DNA from: Lytechinus pictus
Taxonomy: Eukaryota
Length of the DNA stretch: 60,000 nucleotides
Direction: 5' to 3'
Assembly (NCBI RefSeq): GCF_037042905.1
Contig: NC_087250.1
Coordinates: 6,016,001-6,076,000, forward strand
Under the pieces are notes generated by a model. The model did not search any database. It worked only from the letters and a program-made list of their open reading frames with translations, and was not told the DNA's origin. Every line of letters starts with the position of its first letter. Within the stretch, counting starts at the first letter, position 1. Position numbers and translations under genes: made by a program. This document shows, in pieces, positions 13,116 through 27,049 of the stretch.

Positions 13116-14940
13116 ATTAAACAAACCCTGTTTTATATCGTAGAACCTGCTCTGAAAGTAATCGTTTTTCTCTTCGCCCTTTCCCTTCATGCTTGGCTGT
13201 AGACAGAATGGTGGTGGCCGTCTGTTTAGAGTTTTAAATATTTTTGGTCTAACTTTTTTTTCCAATTTCTCCTCTGTACTTTGCGAGTGGATCTAAATAA
13301 TCTGAAACTGACTGAAACATTCAGGAAAGATAAAAAAACACCAAAATATCAAATTAGGGTATGTTGTATCCATATCCCTTTATGATGGCTCTCCTGATTC
13401 TCTTTCACCAATCCACTTCTTTCTTTCTTCTCTCTCCTCCCTCCCCCTTTCCTTTGGGGAGGGCCAAGGAGTCAGTATACAGAGTATACATACAGTGAGC
13501 TGCGCTATAGCGCCTCGCTGTAGTTCCCGTATATGTATCACGCCAAGCTATACATGAAGGGAAAGGTGCATAAAAGAGCTACAATCCACATGAATAAAGA
13601 TCAAACTCGGAACTCGGCCCTTGCCCATCTCTGGGATTCTCGTATCTCTTTTAGTCTTGGAGTACTTTCAGATTCATGACATAAGAGTCCGAAAGTAAGC
13701 CGTGTTGGGCAATCCTTTGCTTCGTCATTCACGTCAGATAATCAACGTGTCTGAATCCTTTTTCACGCGTACGATACATTTATGGATATAGCTCAATATA
13801 GTATTCTTATCCTGTGTGTGCTATCGCAAATAGTGGATTATATCTGAAACTAATGCAGAGCGCAAGCATGTCGCTAGCCGCCTAGCATCGGCTCATTGAG
13901 CTTGCACGCACCGTTCGATGTTTGCTTTCTACTCAGCTACACACACAGAGTACTGCACTTTGTTGATACGGGGATTTCTTGATACTGCGCATGCGCCATG
14001 ACGTATTTCATCAATATGCATGAGTCGTAATGAATATGCATGATTCGAACGGTGTTCTAATATCAATTTATTTTTTAACCCGAGAGGGCGTCAACAAGAA
14101 AGTTCCAAGGCATATCGATTAACCGATAATTGTTATAATATATGTTTCACCCCTCAATATTGAATATCATGAGAATATAAAAGTTATGCAAGTTTCTTTT
14201 CCGTGATAAAATAGAGCAATAATATAGGTATTTAATGAATGTAATAATTTCAAAATTGATTCATTGCCCTTGTCTGAGATCAACCAATCATACACTATAC
14301 CTTTAATGGAAGAGGAAGAAGAGAGTGAGACCCACACTACACAGCCACACACTGTCATTGAAAACACCCACAAAATCAAATACGTGGGACAAAAGGGCGA
14401 CCGCACTCATAAAGTCATAATTGAACATGCTAATTTCTAACCTGAACAGCTTTTATAGGTGCAGACAGTTCCTCCTTGTCAATCTCCATTTTTTCCTCCG
14501 TGTCTTCCTCACTACTTTCATCTTTAATCACCCTTTCTCTCGATTTTGATCGGGAAGACATCACTCGTCGTATATTAACAGCAGCCTGCAGTCCCACGCA
14601 CGTGTTTGTGTGTTCTGCTACTATAGCTAGCCTTGCCTTGAAACTTAAATTAAGTTTAATTGAATAAATCTGATGTTGAGAAATGAGAAACGACTGTATG
14701 AACAAATATATAGATTTAAAATAAATTTCAGTAGGAAAATTGCCTCCCCGAGCTATAAAGTTTTTATTTCTTTGAATCTCCATTTCTTTCAGTTCCCCTT
14801 TGCTATATACGGTAAATAATATTTTTATTCATCTATTTTTTTTATTTGGTAAAAACCATAGTATACTAATAACGCTAGAGGGCGTACTTCGTCAAATCTC
14901 TGTGATTACGCGGAGACCGGCCGCGAAATTATTTTTCCCA

Positions 14941-16370
14941 CCCAGGACCAAAATCCAATTGAAACCAGTTGGATTTCCAACTGGTTTCAATTGGTTTCAA
15001 TTGGTTTCAACTGGTTTCAATTGGTTTTAACTGGAATATAACAATTTCCAGTTGAAACCAATTGAAACCAGTTGGGCAACTGGAAATCCTAACTGGAACC
15101 AGTTGGGTAACTGGAAATCCTAACTGGAACCAGTTGGGTAACTGGAAATCCTAACTGGAACCAGTTGGGTAACTGGAAATGACTTCCAACTGGAAATGAT
15201 TTCTAACTGGAACCAGTTGGGTAACTGGAAATCCTAACTGGAACCAGTTTGGTAACTGGAAATGACTTCCAACTGAAAATGATTTCTAACTGGAACCAGT
15301 TGGGTAACTGGAAATCCTAACTGGAACCAGTTGGGTAACTGGAAATCCTAACTGGAACCAGTTGGGTAACTGGAAATGACTTCCAACTGGAAATGATTTC
15401 TAACTGGAACCAGTTGGGTAACTGGAAATCCTAACTGGAACCAGTTGGGTAACTGGAAATCCTAACTGGAACCAGTTGGGTAACTGGAAATCCTAACTGG
15501 ATCCAGTTGGGTAACTGGAAATGACTTCCAATTGGTTTCCAATTGGAAATTTTCCAGTTACCCAACTGGTTCCAATTGAAACCAGTTAATTTGCATATTA
15601 TCTGCCAATGTGCACAGATTAATGTTTTATGTGATTCATCATCATTTAAAATGTATCTATTTAATTATTTTCTATTTCAAGTACCATACTTGTTTCAGAT
15701 AAGTGTTTAGAATGCTTAGCAGTGAAAACCATGTTCATAAATGTCATAGATTATAATTAAAACAGATTATAAGATAATAATTATAAGTACACCACTAACT
15801 GTTACCAAATTACATCAAATACAAATACATATATTTGAAGATCTTTCATGTAATATATATATACATTATGAAAGTCTATTTATCAATGCCCTTTACATTG
15901 GTATTATAGACATATAGCACTGCTTCTTTGTTGGCATGAGCAATAGTTAGTGCAAAATCTAATCAATTTGTAACTAATTAAGTCATTCCAACTGGAAGTT
16001 CCAATTGGATCCAGTTGGAAACCAATTAGATTCAACTGGTTCCAGTTGAAACCAGTTGCCTCCAATTGGTTTCAACTGGAACCAATCGAAACCAGTTAAA
16101 TCCAATTGGATTCAACTGGTTTTAATAGGGAAATTGGAACAACTGGAACCAATTGAAACCAGTTGCCAACTGGTTGCTTAATTGTTTTCAACTGGAACCA
16201 ATTGAAACCAATTGCCAACTGGTTCCAGTTGCCCAATTGGTTTTAACTGGAACCAGTTGGCAACTGGTTTCAATTGGTTCCAGTTGTTCCAATTTCCCTA
16301 TTGAAACCAGTTGGCCAACTGGTTTCAATTGGTTTTGCTCTACTTGTTTCAACTGGATTTTGGTCCTGGG
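14941..16370. mobile_element. Non-autonomous CCC...GGG element with 2-bp TSD (CACTA/EnSpm-like) and subterminal satellite
   Basis: TIRs cccaggaccaaaatccaattgaaac and gtttcaactggattttggtcctggg. Flanked by ca on both sides. Both arms are filled with aactgg/ccagtt repeats around an AT-rich core. Confidence 0.88.
15079..15530. repeat. 31-bp minisatellite aactggaaatcctaactggaaccagttgggt within the element
   Basis: Near-perfect tandem copies interleaved with aactggaaatgacttcc and aactggaaatgatttct variants. Confidence 0.95.
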
Positions 16371-17265
16371 CACCGAGTTCTGGACCAACATATGAATATT
16401 CATGATTGCGTCTTCGGATTAAGAGTACGCATGCGCGCGGACTTGGCCTCGACGTCGTAAGCATTCACGTTCAGTTGCTCAAAATGAATTAGCATCGTCA
16501 AATTACCGGTACCCTTACATATAGTTACATAGGCCTTACAGGCTTAGATCTATAGATATATATCCAATTCTTAAACACTTCTTAAACACAATTAAACACA
16601 ATTCTTAAACACAAACTAGCTGCCATTAATGGCAAGACATGTGCTAGGCTAGGGCTCGCTTAGGCTAGCGCATTAACTTTACCTCAAATCTGGACCTGCA
16701 TAATGCCTAGTACTATAGCCGACTATAATGCAACTTCGAACTGGTTAATTCCGAACTTTACGTTTAATTAGGTTTAGACAAATGTTAGCTTATTTGCCAT
16801 GGTTTGTCTAGTCCGTATACAAAACCAGTCCTAGATCTATACAAAATTATCTTAGTTCGAGTCTAGTCTCTAGATCTAGACTCTGATCTATGCTGTATCA
16901 GCATGGAACCACTAGTGTACCAAGGGGGGGGGGGGCAGACTGTCCCTCTGACGAGTCACAACTGATTCAGGGGACGTGCCCCCCCCCCCCCCCCTTTGAG
17001 AAGCCAAATTAATAATTTGTAATGTAAAAATGAAAAAGACAGTGCTTATCTGAATTATTGGTCAAACGGCGCGCCATAGAAGCTTTTATTTTGGTCTATA
17101 AGCTCAGCTGCATTTGCACGTATGTTCTGCGGGTATCTTCGGTGCGGACTTTTGGATCGCGCGCCCAGCTGATTATGTAAACAAACGTAGACGTAGACTC
17201 TTCACTAGTCGCTTTGTGGCTATTTTTCCGGAAAATGCCTTCGCCAGGGTGTAAAACGGAAACGC

Positions 17266-19473
17266 GCCGGTGTACCGGCGGATCCTGCGCCTGGCAGATA
17301 CCGTTCTAGGCACCAAATCCGCCGGCGGATATGGTTCTCCTCCGGCGGATTCAGTACCAAAAAAGGCCACTCCCTTCGGAAGATTCGGAAGATATCGTTC
17401 TTGCGCTATCGCGATATCCTTCATTCATCACGTTCACACGTCATGCATGCACGCGCACCGCGCGTGAATAACGTTGCGAAATTAAGTTCGAAGAAGAGGT
17501 AGGTTAGCCTTAGTCTAATTGAGAGCCAGCTACCTTTCGGATTCTAGTTACATTAGGCCTTGAAGAGGAAAGCCTCAACATTTTGCCTTTATTCTGATGA
17601 TTAGGGACAGACTCAGACTGACGTTAATCAGAGATTAAGTTTGCATTAGGTTGGAACTAAGTTCTAGTGGAGACGCCAGCTTATCACAACGTTGGCCCCG
17701 TAAGGTGGTCTTCAGGGACGTCACGTGGTATGAGACCGCGCGATATAATTACGTTATCATGAAGTTCGAAGAAGAGGTAGCTCTCATTGAGAGCTACCTT
17801 TTGGACTCTAATTACATAATTTCCAAGGCATTGAAGAGGAAGGCAGCCTACCCTTTTCTTTGTTTTCCAAAAATTAGCTTTTGACTAATTGCATTTTACC
17901 TTCGTTTCGCGCTATTGTTTGCCATTTTGTCATCTTTTAATTTATTTCCCACCGTGCTATTACATTACATATGCCTGTTTTGGAATGATTTGTTCTTTCT
18001 CAAATGTTCTTCTTTCGTTCATTTTCCCGATTTCCTTCCTTTTCCATTAAAAAGGAGTTTTTTCTTCGTTTTCTTTTCACTTTTTCCTTTCCTTTTCCCC
18101 TCATTCCCCTTTCCCTTTCTTTCTCCCTCCTTTTTTTTTCCTTTCCCGTTTTTCTTTTATTCCTGGTTAAATCCGCCAGGGGGCAACTCCCCCCCCCCGC
18201 CTGTTACGTCATGAATATCCATTAGGTGGACTGATGATGTCACATCTCCACTTGTTCTTTTGTAATTTATTATATGAAATTAGGTTTATTCAAAATTTTT
18301 CCTCCAAGAACTAGAAAATTTGGATTGACAACTGATTTAGTGCATTAGATATTTATTGCTGCAACTTATTTCATTATAAGGGAGACATATTATTCACACA
18401 AGTATGAAATAAATGAAAAAAAATATGGTTTTGTGTGATAACATAAGAAAACGGAAAATGGGGATGTGACATCATCAGCCCAACTAATGAATATTCATTA
18501 TGACTGTTTTCACAAAATATTGCTTAACTTTAAACTTCAATAACTTTATTATTTGTTATCCGATTTTGATGAAATTTTCTGCATTTTGCTCAGTGAATTC
18601 TACTCTATGTATTAAGATATAAATATTTTCAGCCCGGACCATCCCTTTAATTCAGATTCCTTAAGAAAAATATTGAAAAAAAAGGAATTAAAAAAAAAAA
18701 AAAAAATACATGACAAATTAAAAATAGGCCTACAATAAACTACATAAGATATTAATCATGTTTTGAAATTCTTTCTTTAAATGTTTGTTTGAAAAATGTT
18801 TTCACAAAAAATTAGCACTCTTCAAGCAATAATATGAGTTAACAGCAATATATATTCATAAACTAATTTGCCTCATTTATTTTGAAATTATGAAGTTTTA
18901 ACTCGTTGAAAATCTGTAGTTTTATAAAAACCATAGGCCTATATGGGGGTACAAATTTTCGCCAGTCTGGCAAACTTACACTAATCATGGTGTGAAAAAG
19001 CACAGTTAAAGATATCGATGCATACTGCGGACTGAAAATTTCATCAAAATCTGATAATAATAAATAGCAAAGTTTTGGCGCATGTGCCAGGTCTATGTAT
19101 ACATGATATATCGAGTCATTGTTTCTCCTATTCCCTCACCCCCATCGAGCCCTTCGTCAAAAGCTGTATGGATCCGCCCCTGAATAAAAATTCACTAAAA
19201 GTCTAAAGGCGGACGAAAATCCCCTCCCCCCATTGGTAACGACATTGCCAGAGCCGCGCATGCGCGCGCTGCCGAGGTTGGACGTCTGTCCAAATAAATA
19301 TTACACGTATCGTCAATAGAACCAAATCCGCCGAGGAACCAAATCTGCAAACATCAAGCCGCGTCAAACCCGGCGGATATGGTTCCGATTAAAAACGATA
19401 TCGGCCATTAAGAACGATATCTGCCGGCGGATACGGTATCCGCCGGTGGAACCGAATCCGCCGCTACACCGGC
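17266..19473. mobile_element. 2.2-kb non-autonomous TIR element with GGCGGA/TCCGCC subterminal repeats
   Basis: Ends gccggtgtaccggcgga and tccgccgctacaccggc, with possible cgc TSD. Clusters of aaccaaatccgcc and ggcggata motifs at both ends; nested fragments inside. Confidence 0.75.
18211..18650. mobile_element. Left-truncated Kolobok-like MITE nested in the 17266-19473 element
   Basis: Internal palindrome atgaatatccattaggtggactgatgatgtcacatc and gatgtgacatcatcagcccaactaatgaatattcat. Right end ccatccct followed by ttaa. Confidence 0.7.
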
Positions 19474-22379
19474 CGCCATTACTCGATAGGTCTTCGCAGC
19501 CTGCCATGCGCGTACATTACCTATATGGGGCATGTACAGTGATAGCACAGAAACGGAACAAAATGATGACATATAAGCTTGAAAGAAAATGGAAAAGCAA
19601 AATATTGTAAATCGCACTGGATTAAAGTTCAAATTAAAAAAGAATCTATCAAAACTGAGGACAAAACTGCCTATATAGACCTATCTATATAGGGCATATA
19701 TAATATATCCTATATACAAATAATACAGTCCAAAGATACATCCCCAATCGTTATTGCTTTGGTCATAATATTTCGATGTATCATAAATTATATATGACTT
19801 CTATTTTCTGATGATTTGGAAGGGATGAATATTAAAAATAACATGCAGCTAGGCCTAGGCATATCGTTCTAGGTCCTGCAAATTTAACATGATCTGATGT
19901 TCAAGTTGACCTCAGAAATTTCATAGGCCCTTTCACAGTGTCTGATGCATCCGAGACACAAGCTATCGCAAAAACACGATTGCATTTTTTTTCAAGTATA
20001 GTTTCCTAATTACTATGATGCTGATTGCTGATAATTTATTTCTTTACTTTTGATAATTGTTATAATTCATTTTCCATTTAGATCTACACATAGAAATCAT
20101 ATAAAGAATATAGAGCCTAACTCCTTTCCCCATGGTTTTAAACGTCGATGTAACCAACATCACGATAACTCGTGAGTCATAAAATGACTTTTATTGATAA
20201 TATTTGAAAATGATTTATGCATTGGTCCAATTAATTGATAAGTTTATGATTTAAATTTCCAATGATGTCAACCATCCGGTCATATTGATTACTTATATAC
20301 GTGCGAGCAATTAAGAAATGTTTGTTGACAGCAAAATTTGCATATCAAATGCGCGCATGCAGTAGTACAATTTTGCAATGTACAGGAGGCCATGGGGTAA
20401 AGTGTAGGATGTTTACCGTGTGTTATTGACTTGCAAACATTTCAATATTTCGGAGAGTAAACAAATTACAATGCGTGTTTAACGCAACATAGAACAATTT
20501 CACTTTGATTTTCTGGAAAGTCTAAACTTGATTCACTCTGGCTGAAATACTATGTAGATCGGCAAACCGGCTGAAATATTCTGTTGATATAATAATTATG
20601 GCCGGCGTTTGTGATCCTATAATGATTGGACCAATATTATGTGAACAAATCAAGGATAGAATAATAAGAAGGAGAGGAATAAGGAGAAGAGAAGAAAAAG
20701 GGCGGGAAGGCTGAGGATATTTGTATTATACTACAAAGATTATTATTACTAAAACTGAGTGTATAAAACCAGTTGATAACAATATCATGAAAGAGATTCA
20801 TAAATGCAAACTTAATAAACTTATATAAAAACGGTTGCAAAATTGTGAGTACTAAAACCAAACATAATATTATTGAATATTGCAAAACTGAAAATACTTG
20901 GAATAAGATGTTATACAAATTGTCAGCTGTTGAGTGATCATCATAATTACCCGTCTTGGAATTGTGTTAATATTTATTAACTGTGTCTGTGTTAAATTTA
21001 TGGCAAAGATTTCCAAACACTGGCACCGGCCTATGTCATAAACCGGTAAACATGCGTTTTGCATATTCAGTTTTGTTTGTCACTTTAAAAGTATAACTAA
21101 TTTGATCTCCTAATTTTATTCTTTTAATTTCATTGGCTAGCCTATGGACCTGAGTTTGATTATTCAGGTTTGTTTTATAATAAGGTTTTCACGGATGAAC
21201 AAAATTATAATATCATTGACATACGGGGCCGCAGAATGATTTTGAAACAGGGGGTGCATAAAATCACAATAATTTATTATGTCATGTTCATTTTCACTTT
21301 AGGGAGGGATCCATGCAGCCTCGCGCCCCTATTTTATTTTGATCATAGTGTGTCAAAGTAATTTTGATTGGGTGCGTATGACACTAGTCTTTAATTACAC
21401 CCACCCCTTAAAAAGCGAATAAAAAACATCGATTCTAGAATGTACACTGGTGTAACGCCAAGAAAAGTAATGAGATACCCTTTATAATTACTACTTGCTA
21501 TTATAATAGCGCATAATCAAAGATCAAAACACTAACTTATACAAATTATTGTTAATGATGCATTTCTTACAAATTAAAGCAAGTTACATATAGTAGGCCT
21601 ATATAGAAATTAAAATATTATATCCAACATAAACAAATTGGTCATAAGAACATCAAGTGACGTGAATGAAGGAATGTGGAAAAGGACGATGCAGTTAAAG
21701 GTAGGGATATCCAGCGGAGAAGATGGGCTAATTCACTGTCTTTTGAATTAATTGTCAATTTTTCCATTAATGTACGTTGTATATTTTTATTTCATCTGAT
21801 AAATAGATATTATTATCTATTATTATCTAAAATAGGCCTATAAACAGAGAGGTAAATGCAAAAATTATATAAGAGAATTTCATCCCGAGAAGTCAGGTAT
21901 AAATGCCAAATTCACAGCATAATCCCCATGTAATCACACTAATAATCAATCGAAATGCAATTTGTCATTAATATTTTCGATTGTAATGAGGTTGGATTCT
22001 TTTCTTCAAGAAAAAAGGCCGGAGACGGCATCCCTTTTTCCCTTTTTCACAGCGTTATGTACGCACGAGCTATGTGTACATCCGGGTACTTTTGCAAATC
22101 AAGACCTATCTGCGCAATCACAGACGTTAAGTACGCGCGCCTATGGCGACTCCGCACTCTAGCGTTATTAGTATACATCTCTATGGTAAAAACCCATCAC
22201 CATTAACAATCATTTCATAACGTAATAATGTTTCCCTGAAACTTTTATGACGGGTTGATTTTCTAAATATTCTTTTATTAAAATTTCCGTTCAAAATTTT
22301 TGTCTGTTTACAATATCTTTGAGTTTGTAGGCCAATTTCATATGGAATTCAATCTGATCATTATTAGTAACATTTTTAT

Positions 22380-22478
22380 TAATATTATCATTAATATTAT
22401 TATTATTATTATTGTTGTTAATATTATTATCAGTATTATTATTAATATTATTATTATTATCATTATTATTATTATTAG
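22380..22478. repeat. (ATT)n microsatellite
   Basis: Read directly. Confidence 0.9.
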
Positions 22479-22521
22479 GGGTCCATCAGTAATATTCTAT
22501 CATTATTGTTATCATCATCAT

Positions 22522-23947
22522 CAGTGGCGTAACTACGGGGGGGGGGGGCATGGGGGGGGCACGTGCCCCCCCAATTGGCTGGCAAAAAAAAAAAAAGGGA
22601 AAAGGAGAAAAAGAGGGAGAAAGGGAAAGAAACGTAGTGGGAAATAAGAAATTATTGTTCATTATAATGTTATATTATGATTATGTTATGTTATATTACT
22701 TTAAAAAAATCATAACTTTATGAAACATAATTTGCTCAGGGCCTATGTCTACATTGTTCCTGGCGCTCGCATCGTCTGTTTAACGAGATATATAATCCCG
22801 TTGTACTAAAACCTCCCGTTTTCAAGTCAATATACACCAAATATATTTCCTCGCACTTCGAATTATTATTGTTTTATGTAGTTACATATGCTTCTTTTTC
22901 ATGACTACTTAAAGTGGTTGCCCCATTTTAAGGTCTTAATAGGAAACACTTCCTGTCCGTGCTTACGATCGCATTACTGGATAGCTGAGATATGTCTGCT
23001 CTTCATGAATTCCTAAAATCAGTCCTTAAAATGTAACTTTTTTTTATCTGAAAAATTTTCAGCTTGCGCTTCGCGCTCGCATCATTTGGTTAGCGAAATA
23101 CGCATGGTCTTCGTGAATTCCTACAAACAAGCCTTAGAATTCCCCTCTTCAGTTCTGAATTAAGTAAATTTCCAGCTCGCGCTTCGCGCTCGCAATATTT
23201 GATTAGTGAGATGCGTATAATAATCATGATGACTACAAAAAGTGCTTCATGTGTTTAGATGTAATTCTAGTAACATCAGCATGCACTTGGCACTCGCATT
23301 AGATGACTATGGTGAGATATGTGTACTCTTAATGGATTCCTTAAAAAAATAGCCCTTAAAATAGCCCTGTTCAGGGTCAAAATATACAAAAATTTCAGCT
23401 CGCGCTTCGCGCTCGCATATTTTGGTTTGTGAAATATGTATGGTCTTCGTGAATTCCAACAAACAAATCTTAGAATGCTTCTCTTAAGGTCTGAATTTCC
23501 TAAATTTTCAGCTCGCGCTCGCAATATTTGATTAGTGAGATGCGTGTGATAATCATGATTACAACGACTACAAAAAGTGCCGCATGTGTTTAGATGTAAT
23601 TCTAACAAAATCAGCATACGCAAGCTTGGCACTCGCATTAGATGATTATGGTGAGACATGTATATACTGTTTGTTTAGCAAGACAGGTATGTATCATGAT
23701 TACAAAAATTTGCTTATAATATCCCTTTTTAGTTCTGAATATAAAAAAATTTCAGCTCGCGCTTCGCGCTCGCATTATATGATCAGTGAGATACATATCC
23801 GCTTTAATGGCACTGTCCTTAAAATGTCACTATTACTTATAGGTCAGTATACCTGGCAACTAAGCGCGCTTCGCGTGCTCATTAAGTGACTCAATTTTTT
23901 TGTTGGTGCCCCCCCCCCCCAATGCCGTGACCCACGGTAAGCCACTG
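22522..23947. mobile_element. Full-length hAT-like non-autonomous element with 8-bp TSD
   Basis: TIRs cagtggcgtaac and ggtaagccactg. TSD atcatcat at 22514-22521 and 23948-23955. Internal ~80-bp GCTCGCGCTTCGCGCTCGCA subrepeats. Confidence 0.9.
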
Positions 23948-24742
23948 ATCATCATCATCATCATCATCAATATTGTATAAAATGAGGATTGATTTTATAC
24001 AGAAGGCAGGCCGCGCGTAGAAGAAGAATTAGGGAAAAGGGGAGGAAAAAGCTAAAAGCGAAGGCAGAAAAGGGAGAAAGATACGTACAACTTCGTTGTT
24101 TTTTCTTTCTTTTTTGTCAAAAGAATAAAAACCTAACCGACTTATAAAATGTTGTTTTCTCTTCATACAAAATTTTGCTTCCGCGCTCTGTGCGGGAACT
24201 TCGGAATTGCTTTTTCCCTTTAATTTTTCCCCACACTGGCCATTTTTCTCCTTGCCCGCCATGGAAATCGAATTCTTGCCAGAAATAATTAAATATATAC
24301 AAAGGGTTAAAGAGTATAACAAGTTTTTTTTATTGCACTGAAACAAAATTCGGTTCTTCTGTTCAGAGCTAGTTAACTATTATCCCGTCAGCAAGCAATT
24401 TTTTGCAAAGTATCTACTCAAAGGGGGAATTAAGCATTAAATTTGTGCCGCATGCAAATGTATAGATACGATGAAACTTTATTAATTCTACATCGTTCCA
24501 CATCCATCTCCTGTCTTGTTTGCGCCACTGATTTGAAATTTTGAATATCACAAGTTCTTTTTTAAATAATACTAAAGGAAGCGCTTAATTTTATGAGCAA
24601 AATTACAAAATGTGTTTTCTTTCAAAATAAAGTCACAGAAGTTTCAGTGCTTCGCGTGCATGGGAAAGCTAGAAAAATTCACTCTTCGTGCTTGCATCAT
24701 CCCTTTTACATTTTGTGTTATATTTTTCTTCGTATTATCGTA

Positions 24743-25132
24743 AGGCGACCGCACACCTTACGATCGGTCTGCGAACCGATTTCAGAATAAAATTGATGCC
24801 AATATTGAGACTTGGAATATCTCAATGTTCTAAATTGTCGTACGAATACCTGCATGTTCAAATCTGTGACTGTGCTATCATCCTTCTTAGAATAAAAGCG
24901 AATTTACTATCTAGTCGTAATGACGTCATAGCAGTCGTACGATTGCCTACAATTTGAAACTAATTGGCCTTTATTCTAAAATAAAACATTGGAATCTTTC
25001 AAAATGTTTATTTTTTCAATTAATTTTAACCTCAAAGAAAATGATATGTTCCATTCACTTTTTCAGAAAATGAGCAAAATGCGATTTGTTCCAAAATCGG
25101 ATCGCGAACAGTAGTAAGTTGTACAGTGGCCT
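24743..25132. mobile_element. Harbinger/PIF-like MITE
   Basis: TIRs aggcgaccgcacaccttacgatcggtctgcgaaccgattt and aaatcggatcgcgaacagtagtaagttgtacagtggcct. TA/TWA-type flanks. Confidence 0.65.
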
Positions 25133-26838
25133 TAAGAAATATCAAAATTAGAGCAGGTTAAAGTTTCAGAGAAATTTCTAAAATTCATTCGCGGGAAGAA
25201 ATATTTCCTTTTTTGCATATACCCGCTTTCTACTCTGTTTTGCGACTTAGAGAAATTTAATGTGGCAAAAGTTTTTACAATCAAATCTGATGTGACTAAG
25301 ATAGGCATTTTACACTACTTCTGATCTCATTTTTTAAATAAAATGTCTTAGCTTTCGCACTTCGCGGGGTAAGAGGAATTATTTTGAATTCCGCAGTCTT
25401 TTCCTATTTTAGGCGAGCTCATCTTTTCTTTTTAAAACAGTTTTTGTTTCCAATCGCAGCAAGTCAATTGAATTCGAGTTGATAAGGGTAATAGAGACGA
25501 CTTCTTTTGATTTAAATTTGATGAGATATCAAAACCTTCGCGATCCGCGGGGGAGGGGAAACTGATCCCCCCTGCCAGGCGCGGATCCAGGGGTGGTATT
25601 CTGGAACACTGTCATAACTTTTGTCATAAATTTTGTCATTTTTCTCTGAGATGTGACACCGCTATGATTGTCACAAATCGGTATTCTGAACATTGTCTTT
25701 TCCCTGTCATATCTCTCAAAGTTCCCGCCCATCTTTTCGGAAACAAACGAATCAAAATCATCGTTTGTTCCCAGTGGGAGCCCTTCTAGCCAATAGGATT
25801 TCGTAGATAGGGAGGGGCCCCAATTTGACGTGATATTGGCGCTTCTGTGTACTTTTTGAAAAATTGCACCCCTCCCTCCCCGCCAGGCAAACATAACTGC
25901 CTCAAATGCATGTTGCATTATCTTATTACATAATCATGTATGCAAAAAAAGGCAAGTGAAGACCACTTTTTTATGTGTTCATGAAGAAAAAGAAAATGTA
26001 GAACACTGGCGTAAATCCGGCCCGAGCGGGGGGGCGAGAACGATAGCAATATTATTGCTCTGGAAGTTCAAAATTTGGGGGATACCCCCACACCAAGGGC
26101 TATGCATTGCCAAGGGCTATGCAAATTCAGTTGTTGGAAGACAAAATGATGTCCAAAAACCTCTTTTAAGTGGTGGGTAATTATCACATCACGGGCAATC
26201 TATACATATGTGTATATACTGTAAATGTGTTTATTATATATTTCAGTTAAATGCCTATCCTGAAAATGATGGCTATATTGAAATGGATTTGTTAAGATAG
26301 AAAGAAATGAATTACAGTAAATATCAATATGCGAGCAAGCAAATTTTCAATGTTGAAAAAGAAAAAGATGACAAAAATCGTATTTTACAAGGGGTGTGCA
26401 ATATTGGGAGAAATACAGCGAGTGAGCGAAGTGGGCAAGCCTTGAAAAGTTGTTTCAGTCGTTATTTGAAAAAGATTTGCATATAATTACAAAAGATGAT
26501 AAAGGTAGATTATCAATAAATAAAACTACAGAAGAAAAGGAAAAAGAAATATAAAGAGCAAGCAAATAAGTATAGAACAGTCCATATTTTGTTCAATGAA
26601 AACTCATTTGCTCACTGGTTGAAAATTGGATGAGGATCATTATTATCGGGAATAAGGGTGCCTATGAAATGATTATAGGTGATCACAGCCTTCACAGGGC
26701 ACAGTATAACTTCCAAAATGGTGGAAATAGCACAATAATGCAAATCGAAAGAAAAATACTGCAGAAAGGAAAGGTTATGAATAATCTTTAAGATTAAATT
26801 GGGAGGTGATGCAACATTTATTTATTTATTCTATTTAA

Positions 26839-26842
<4 letters not shown>

Positions 26843-26897
<55 letters not shown>

Positions 26898-26915
26898 TTT
26901 TTTTTGGGGGGGGGG
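26843..26915. repeat. (TA)n followed by poly-T and poly-G
   Basis: Read directly. Confidence 0.95.
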
Positions 26916-27049
26916 ACATATTTGAAATATTCATTAGATTGTTATGGGATTAATGTGATTTAAAGTCTCCTATGAACGGATGAAATTGTAAAGTGTTTGG
27001 GAAATACTGCTTTCCTAATTTTGCCTCTGTGTTTCATTAAACATGTTAA

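Larger units (their letters stand above)
11846..14620 (-). pseudogene. Possible highly decayed piggyBac-like transposase remnants
   Basis: Hand translation of the - strand gives, in order: acidic SSEEDTEE (~14500), FDFVGVFNDSVW (~14370), NTAYFRTLMS (~13690), and Cys-rich fragments ACRV...ATCTRELCM...CFEM (12340-12500) and YRVCT...HPGL (11860-11960). Many stops and frameshifts. Confidence 0.3.

Noticed and set aside
15079..15530. CRISPR-like appearance of ~30-bp repeats (also 7225-7625)
   Set aside because: The repeats are contiguous with no unique spacers, there are no cas genes, and the context is eukaryotic.
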